From: Vulcanimicrobiota bacterium
GTDB lineage: Bacteria > Vulcanimicrobiota > Vulcanimicrobiia > Vulcanimicrobiales > Vulcanimicrobiaceae
Assembly (NCBI GenBank): GCA_003135555.1
Contig: PLCF01000026.1
Location: 196 to 20,450, forward strand
Length of the DNA: 20,255 nucleotides
Direction of reading: 5' to 3'
Position 1 is the stretch's first letter. The number at the start of each line of letters is the position of its first letter. A program made the position numbers and the translations under genes. The notes beneath the pieces are model-generated. The model was not told the origin of the DNA. It made no database searches and was given only the letters and a program-made list of their open reading frames with translations. Shown in pieces: positions 14,601-20,255 of the stretch.

Positions 14601-15079
14601 GCGGCGAGCAGGTCGGCGTACACGCACAGCTGGACGATGAACTCGGGCTTCTCGGCGGTCGCCAACTTCGTGTCGGCGACCTCGTACGACCACGCCCCGA
14701 GCCGGCTGGCTTCCTCGACGCGCAACAGGAAGTCGGCGCGCCCGGTCCAGGCGCCGTCGAGGAACGAGGCTTGGTAGATCGCCGGCGCACCGCTCGCCAT
14801 GGCGACCCGTGTCGCCTCGACCGCGCGCGCCAGGTCGCGGGCGGTGTTGTCGCCTTCGGGGACGCGCACGACGGCGACCCCGCTCGCTTCGAGACGTTCG
14901 AGCACGCGCCGCTCGTGCTCGCGCCCCTTGCGCGCGATGATCTCGAGCGTGGGATCGTCCTCGGGCCGCGCGTCGCCGCGGGCGAGCGCGCGCCGGTTCA
15001 GCGCGACCCGATGCGGGCACGCCAGGTAGTCGTTGAGGTCGGAGGCCGCGAGGACGACCCGGCCGTCAACGAGGCGCAC
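11657..15079 (-). CDS. TM0106-family RecB-like nuclease fused to RNase H-like domain and SF1 (Dna2/Nam7-like) helicase
   Basis: PD-(D/E)xK motifs GRADFL and YEVADTK; Cys set LACPH...CGQCGWEAQC; YFDMEG...YNEEDC; helicase motifs QGPPGTGKT, IDEAGQ, GDPLQL, SPYNAQV, GTVDKFQGQE, RFNVALSR. Confidence 0.93.
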   Translation of the reverse strand: MRLVDGRVVLAASDLNDYLACPHRVALNRRALARGDARPEDDPTLEIIARKGREHERRVLERLEASGVAVVRVPEGDNTARDLARAVEATRVAMASGAPAIYQASFLDGAWTGRADFLLRVEEASRLGAWSYEVADTKLATAEKPEFIVQLCVYADLLAAVQGALPRRVRALFGDGHETAYDPSRYVAYVRAAKRRFEAALATLDPAAVPDRVTACGQCGWEAQCDAVRRGVDHLSLVAGIRRDQTQRLAAGGIATLEGLATASAAARPPGVVEKTFATLQRQASLQLHQRATGRPSYELLAPRELHGFGALPPPADGDVYFDMEGDPLYEPRIGLEYLFGAFVPEDAREPYREFWGETRTQERAAFERFVDWLMAHRRQHPRAHVYHYAAYEKTALRRLAMRHGTREEEVDELLRGEVLVDLYAVVKGALAQSQEGYSIKKLELFYGFVRDADVRQGDQSIVAFEEYLLDRDPARRRDIVRYNEEDCISTRRLHEWLLQLRDEARSSYALEIAFRAERDPKLPTEEKLRELRRLNDVQLALLADAPPGSERELLAHLAGYHRREEKPVWWALFDRYERAPDDTFVDDSDALGELELATEFPALEPTRRGTRATYTYRFPVQQHKVGPGSFLDVDRRDAAALEVVQVDEDARLVRVKKWPHDPHPRALVPGGPIYTGVQQAALLRLAQAALDGTQTVAYPAASEILRRARPRITGLHEGDRVQPQIRPGAEAIDPADIASLALRLDRSALAVQGPPGTGKTFDGAHVIATLLAAGKRVGVTSNSHKAINNLLHAVEAAVDERGEVFRGVKKCDKANPDSPFESIRPESFIENAEKNAAFGEYELVAGTSWLFSRDDLARVDYLVIDEAGQVALADALAMATNADNVILLGDPLQLAHVSVGTHPDGVGASVLEHLLAEPGSLAPRGTIPEDRGVFLDRTFRMHPALCEFVSEMVYEGRLCAAASCARQRIDAPWFAGAGLRYVPVVHESNAQSSDEEAAAVEEILGGLIGGTFTDRLGAEHAITAHDVLVVSPYNAQVRLLRRRLRKRFGDGVRVGTVDKFQGQEAPAVIYSVAASSADDAPRGADFLFEENRFNVALSRGRALAVLVCSPRLFETRASSVEQLRSVAAFCGFEAVAGRF

Positions 15080-15165
15080 GCATCACCATTGCCAGGCTCA
15101 TACGACGATAGTAGGCGGTGTCCGTGCCAGGCGGGTGGCAGTCCCGCCCGTCGAACTCTGGCCGC

Positions 15166-15624
15166 ATGGAACACCCGCGCTGGAAGTTCGACGGCGTTCG
15201 CGTCGTCCACGGCTGCGACCTCGACCCCAACACGCCGCAGACCAGCGGGATGAACCGGGCGGCCGCGATCACGACCGCCAGCGCCGGCGCGCGCAAGCTC
15301 TGGGCCGGGACGGTCGTCATCGAGCCCGACGCTAAGACCGGCGCCCATCACCACGGCGACCTCGAGAGCGTCATCTACGTCGTGAAGGGCCACGCCCGGA
15401 TGCGCTGGGGCGAGCGCTTGGAGTTCACAGCCGAGGCCGGCCCAGGCGATTTCATCTTCGTGCCGCCGTACGTCCCGCACCAGGAGATGAACGCCTCGCC
15501 CGGCGAGGCACTCGAGTGCGTGCTCGTCCGCAGCGGCCAGGAGCCCGTGGTGGTCAACCTCGACGTGGCCGCTGCCGACGATCCCCAGACCGTCCGCTGG
15601 ATCGACGACATACACCGAACTTAA
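15166..15624 (+). CDS. RmlC-like cupin domain protein
   Basis: TGAHHHGDLESVIYVVKG and GPGDFIFVPPYVPHQE cupin motifs; ATG 15166. Confidence 0.9.
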   Translation: MEHPRWKFDGVRVVHGCDLDPNTPQTSGMNRAAAITTASAGARKLWAGTVVIEPDAKTGAHHHGDLESVIYVVKGHARMRWGERLEFTAEAGPGDFIFVPPYVPHQEMNASPGEALECVLVRSGQEPVVVNLDVAAADDPQTVRWIDDIHRT

Positions 15625-15718
15625 CATTCCGACGCGTTCCGTGCGGTCCGGGTCACGTTTCGGCCAGGACCGCGCAGGCAAGGAGGCCGGGGCCGGATCG
15701 GTGCGAAGGGTGCATTCG

Positions 15719-16499
15719 ATGTTCCGGATTTTCTCGCTGCGTCACACCGCAGCGCTATTCGTTTTATGCGCCGCGCCGCTTGCCGCCACGCCCGCCACGG
15801 CGAGCCCGCTCGCCCCGGGCCCTCGGCCGGCCAGCGAGTCGAGCTACGCCGCGGTGCTGCGCACGATCAATCCGCAACTGCCGGTGAAAAAGGCGCGCGC
15901 CTACGCCCGCTCGGTGATGGCGAACGCTTGGCGCACGCACCTCGACCCGCGCTTCATCATGTCGATCGTCACGGTCGAGTCGCGCTGGCGTTCCAACGCC
16001 ATCTCGCGCTCAGGCGCCCGCGGTCTCGGCCAGCTCATGCCCGCCACCGCCAGACGGCTCGGCGTCAACGCCTGGAGCCCGTCGGAGAATCTACGCGGGA
16101 CCTCCGTCCTACCTCAAGTCGCTGATGGACCATTTCGCCAAGAAGCCCAACGGAACCACGTTGGCGATCGCCGGATACAACGCCGGGCCCAAGGCTGTCG
16201 AACGCTATCGCGGGATCCCGCCCTACGCCGAGACGCAACAATACGTCGTGCGCGTGCTGCGGGTGTGGAAGCAGCTCAACGTGCGCATCGGCCGCGCGTT
16301 TGCGGCGCCGGTAGCGGCGATCGCGGTCCGTCCCGCCGCGCCGCTACCCGACATCCGCCAATGGGTCAGCGAGTCGAACTCGGTATTGCCCGCGACCGCT
16401 CAAGCAGTCGAAGCGACACCGAATCCGGCGCTGGCCCCGCATGCGGACGCGCCCCCGACCACCTCCCCCGCCGGCGAGAGCGTCGACCCGGTCAAGTAG
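15719..16499 (+). pseudogene. Secreted lytic transglycosylase (SLT domain) interrupted by a +1 frameshift near 16103-16109 (pseudogene or sequencing error)
   Basis: First frame: signal peptide, catalytic [27 protein letters not shown]. The sequence continues in another frame as [10 protein letters not shown]...[12 protein letters not shown]...[12 protein letters not shown], ending at TAG 16499. Confidence 0.88.
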
Positions 16500-16556
16500 C
16501 AACCGGCTGCGCGGGTTGACGCAACCGACCCGCATCCCCGTCCTGTCGGGACCCAT

Positions 16557-17555
16557 ATGAGGACGGACGGCGCGGTCCCCGACACGATGCGGGCGGCCGT
16601 GATCGACGCGTTCGGCGGTCCGGAGCGGCTGGTGATACGTGACGTGCCCGTCCCTGACGTCGCGGCGAACGAGGTCCTCATCCGCGTCGACACCGCCGGC
16701 GTCGGCGTCTGGGACGCCACGACGCGGCGCGGAGAATGGGCCGACGGCCGCGATCGCTTCCCGCTGGTGCTCGGCGCCGACGGTTCGGGCACGATCGCCG
16801 CGCTGGGCGACGACGTGCAGGGCCTGCGCCTGGGTGACGCGGTGATCGGCTACGCCTACGGCGACGCGAAGGGCGGTTTCTACGCCGAATATGCGGCGCT
16901 CGATGCCGGACACGTAGCGCCGATCCCGGTCTCGTTGGACTTTCGCGAAGCCGGCGGGATCGCGGTAACCGGACTGACCGCGCTCGCCGGCATCGACGAC
17001 GCGCTCGAGCTGCGTCCGGGCGACGTCGTGCTCATCCACGGTGCGACCGGCGGTGTCGGCACGATGGCGGTGCAGTTCGCGAAGCGGCGCGGAGCGCACG
17101 TCGTCGCGACGGCGAACGGCGGGGAGGGTCGCGAACTGCTGCGCCGGCTCGGCGTCGACGACGCCATCGACACGCAACACGACGACGTGCTCGCCGCGGT
17201 GCGGCGCGTGCTGCCCGCCGGCGTGGACGCGATTCTCGCGCTCACCGGCAGCGCGTCGCTCGAACGCTGCCTACCCGCGCTACGCGCGGGTGGGCGGCTC
17301 GCCCACCCCAACGGTGTGGACGCACCGGCCCCCGCCGGGATTCGCGCGACGGCGTTCGACAGCGCGCCGAACCCCGCCGCGTTCGCGCGGCTCAGCGCGC
17401 TCGTCGACGAAGCGCCGATCGCCTTCCCGATTGCGGCGACCTACTCGCTCGACGACGCCGCCGAGGCCCATCGCCGCCTCGAACGCGGGCACGTCCTGGG
17501 CAAGATCGTACTCGTAGTCGATGCCCGCGAAGACGTGATCGAGAAGGTCGCCTAG
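16557..17555 (+). CDS. NADP-dependent oxidoreductase, MDR superfamily (quinone-reductase-like, zinc-free)
   Basis: MRAAVIDAFGGPE, PLVLGADGSG, GFYAEY, VLIHGATGGVGTMAVQFAK, GKIVL; no Zn-ligand Cys motifs. Alternative start ATG 16587. Confidence 0.92.
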   Translation: MRTDGAVPDTMRAAVIDAFGGPERLVIRDVPVPDVAANEVLIRVDTAGVGVWDATTRRGEWADGRDRFPLVLGADGSGTIAALGDDVQGLRLGDAVIGYAYGDAKGGFYAEYAALDAGHVAPIPVSLDFREAGGIAVTGLTALAGIDDALELRPGDVVLIHGATGGVGTMAVQFAKRRGAHVVATANGGEGRELLRRLGVDDAIDTQHDDVLAAVRRVLPAGVDAILALTGSASLERCLPALRAGGRLAHPNGVDAPAPAGIRATAFDSAPNPAAFARLSALVDEAPIAFPIAATYSLDDAAEAHRRLERGHVLGKIVLVVDAREDVIEKVA

Positions 17556-17562
17556 CCGCGGA

Positions 17563-18039
17563 TCAGACGCGCGCGGGCTGCGCTCCCAGCTGCTCTTTCA
17601 TCTCCGCCATGCGCCGTCCCATTTCGAGCATTTCGTTCTCGTCGAACAGCTCTTGCGCGCCGGGGAACAGCTTGGACTCTTCCTCCTTGACGTGATGCTC
17701 GATCAACTCGCTGAGCGCTTTGATCTTCGGCTTGAACGATTCGTCGGTCGAATCGACGGCCTCGATGTCGGCGATGACCTTCTTGGCCGCCGAGTGCTCC
17801 TCGTACGACTCAAGTACGAGATCTCGCTCTTCCTTTTCGCCGCGCTTGGTGCGCGCTTGGATCGCGGGATAGAAAACCTTTTCTTCGATCTCGGCGTGCA
17901 CTTTGAGCGCCTGGCAGATCTCGTCTCCGAGTTTCTGCAATTGCGCGGTCGCGCGGTCGGAGCACTCTTCAACATCTTTGAAGAGGCCTTTGACGGTCTT
18001 GTGGTCGGCTTTGAGAAGGGCGACGGCGTCCTGTTTCAT
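17563..18039 (-). CDS. Hemerythrin/HHE cation-binding domain protein
   Basis: DAVALLKADH, LKVHAEIEEKVFYP, EEH, HHVKEEESKLFP; ATG 18039. Confidence 0.92.
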   Translation of the reverse strand: MKQDAVALLKADHKTVKGLFKDVEECSDRATAQLQKLGDEICQALKVHAEIEEKVFYPAIQARTKRGEKEERDLVLESYEEHSAAKKVIADIEAVDSTDESFKPKIKALSELIEHHVKEEESKLFPGAQELFDENEMLEMGRRMAEMKEQLGAQPARV

Positions 18040-18099
18040 GCCAAGCTCTTGCCCACCGCGAGCACGCGCGTACGCGGGGCGCTCGCCTGCTGCCCGCGC

Positions 18100-18117
18100 C
18101 GCAACCTTACGGTTGCG
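18100..18117 (-). terminator. Stem-loop CGCAACC-GTAA-GGTTGCG just after the lipoprotein stop codon
   Basis: Perfect 7-bp stem with a GNRA tetraloop on the minus strand, 4 nt past the stop at 18122. No U-tract follows, so it may only stabilise the mRNA or terminate weakly. Confidence 0.4.
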
Positions 18118-18121
18118 AACG

Positions 18122-19231
18122 TTAGGGAGTCTTGCCGGGCGCGGAGGGGAACGGCGTCGCCGTCGGTTTGACCGGCGGCGCAGGCGCCGGCGCTGCGGTG
18201 GGGGGCGCACTGGTCACGCTCGAAGCGGCCGCGGCGTCCGAGGCCTTCGGTGCAGGCGCGGCCTTCGGCGCGGCCGAGGCCGACGATGGATGCGGCAACG
18301 CATACAGCGCGAACACCGCGGGGCGATTGGCGACGAGCTTGAGCGTCGTCGCGGTCGAGGCGAACAACAACCGCTGCGGCGGCAACGTCGGTGCGACCGT
18401 CGGACCGATCGACCCGGCGGCGCCCGGACTCGCCACGGGGCCGGTGGGCCCGCCCGGTGCGAGGCCGCCCGCAACCCTCGTCGCACTCGACGGCGACGGC
18501 GTCGCGGTCGGTGAACCCGACGCCGCCGGTTTCGCCGAGCCGCCCGGGCTCGCGCCCGCTAGCGGCGCCATGGTACGAGCGATCATCGGCGGCGGGGTCG
18601 AGACGGTGTCGAGCTCCGCGACCGCGAGGCGATAGCGGCTGTCTTTCTCGCCGGCGTTCCACATCGCCAGTCCGAACTCGCCGTCCCGGTACTGCGAGGC
18701 GATCTCGCGCGGTACGTCGAGCGCGAAGCGCGGATAGCTCTCGAGGGTCACATCGTGCGTCGGCAACAACGTGACATATGCCAGCGCGCGCGCCGGGTGC
18801 TCGCGCGACTTCTTGCGCTTGCCTTTGCCGCTGCTGAAGTTCAGATCGGGTCCGTCCTGCGGTTTGACGATCGACAACGTGACGCCGATCGAAACCGCGA
18901 CCGGGGTCGGGGCCGCGGGCGGCGATGCGTTCTTATTCTTGTCGTTCTTGCCCGCCGGCGCCACGGTTGGTTCGGGCGCCTTGGGGAACGCGATCGCGCC
19001 GCCGTAGCCGCCGACAGTGGGGAGTTCCTGGAACGCGGTCGACTCGCCGTAGGTCAGGATCGAGCTCGACTGGTTGGCCGGCGGCGCCGGCGAGCTGCCC
19101 TGCCCGAAATTGGGCGTCGCCATCGTGCTGGGCATCCCAGAGCCCGAGCCGAACGAGCCGGAGCACGCCGCGACCGCTGCGCCGAGCACGACGCAGCCGG
19201 CCGCCGCGGTAAGAACGCGAGCGAGAGTCAT
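18122..19231 (-). CDS. Pro/Ala/Ser-rich lipoprotein of unknown function
   Basis: ATG 19231; MTLARVLTAAAGCVVLGAAVAAC-SG lipobox; beta-rich segments separated by low-complexity linkers. Confidence 0.8.
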   Translation of the reverse strand: MTLARVLTAAAGCVVLGAAVAACSGSFGSGSGMPSTMATPNFGQGSSPAPPANQSSSILTYGESTAFQELPTVGGYGGAIAFPKAPEPTVAPAGKNDKNKNASPPAAPTPVAVSIGVTLSIVKPQDGPDLNFSSGKGKRKKSREHPARALAYVTLLPTHDVTLESYPRFALDVPREIASQYRDGEFGLAMWNAGEKDSRYRLAVAELDTVSTPPPMIARTMAPLAGASPGGSAKPAASGSPTATPSPSSATRVAGGLAPGGPTGPVASPGAAGSIGPTVAPTLPPQRLLFASTATTLKLVANRPAVFALYALPHPSSASAAPKAAPAPKASDAAAASSVTSAPPTAAPAPAPPVKPTATPFPSAPGKTP

Positions 19232-19250
19232 CGCCCGTACGGTTCGCGTC

Positions 19251-20255
<1,005 letters not shown>

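Noticed and set aside
12701..15253. 850-aa plus-strand ORF, plus the long alternative-frame ORFs 11559-13592 and 12487-14403
   Set aside because: Shadow or alternative frames of the TM0106 nuclease-helicase, with low-complexity Arg/Ala/Ser composition.
16125..16499. Separate 124-aa gene
   Set aside because: It is the C-terminal half of the frameshifted lytic transglycosylase.
16511..16553. Imperfect hairpins between the SLT and oxidoreductase genes as a terminator or ncRNA
   Set aside because: Short GC-rich stems with no U-tract; not distinguishable from chance at this GC content.

Overview
High-GC bacterial genomic window, mostly protein-coding; no rRNA, tRNA, CRISPR array or transposase was recognised. 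The style of the genes suggests a soil lineage such as Eremiobacterota, but that is only an impression. The most interesting element is a tightly coupled three-gene minus-strand operon at 1786-7788. It encodes (i) a YpsA-like SLOG domain fused to SLATT-type transmembrane modules, (ii) a membrane receptor with an extracytoplasmic CHASE2 domain and a cytoplasmic TIR domain that keeps its catalytic Glu, and (iii) a secreted FecR-like + ~15 TPR protein. Together these look like a FecR/CHASE2 trans-envelope sensor wired to a Thoeris-like TIR -> nucleotide signal -> SLOG -> membrane effector output (inference). The rest of the window holds a DUF4436-like gene remnant, a secreted papain-like (C1) protease, a rhodanese sulfurtransferase, two convergent glycosyltransferases, a tandem pair of tiny paralogous W-x-CGC...C-x2-H proteins, a TM0106-type nuclease-helicase, a cupin, a frameshifted lytic transglycosylase, a quinone-reductase-like MDR oxidoreductase, a hemerythrin-like protein, a Pro/Ala-rich lipoprotein and the 3' part of thiC. 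All domain calls come from motif recognition by eye, not from database searches.
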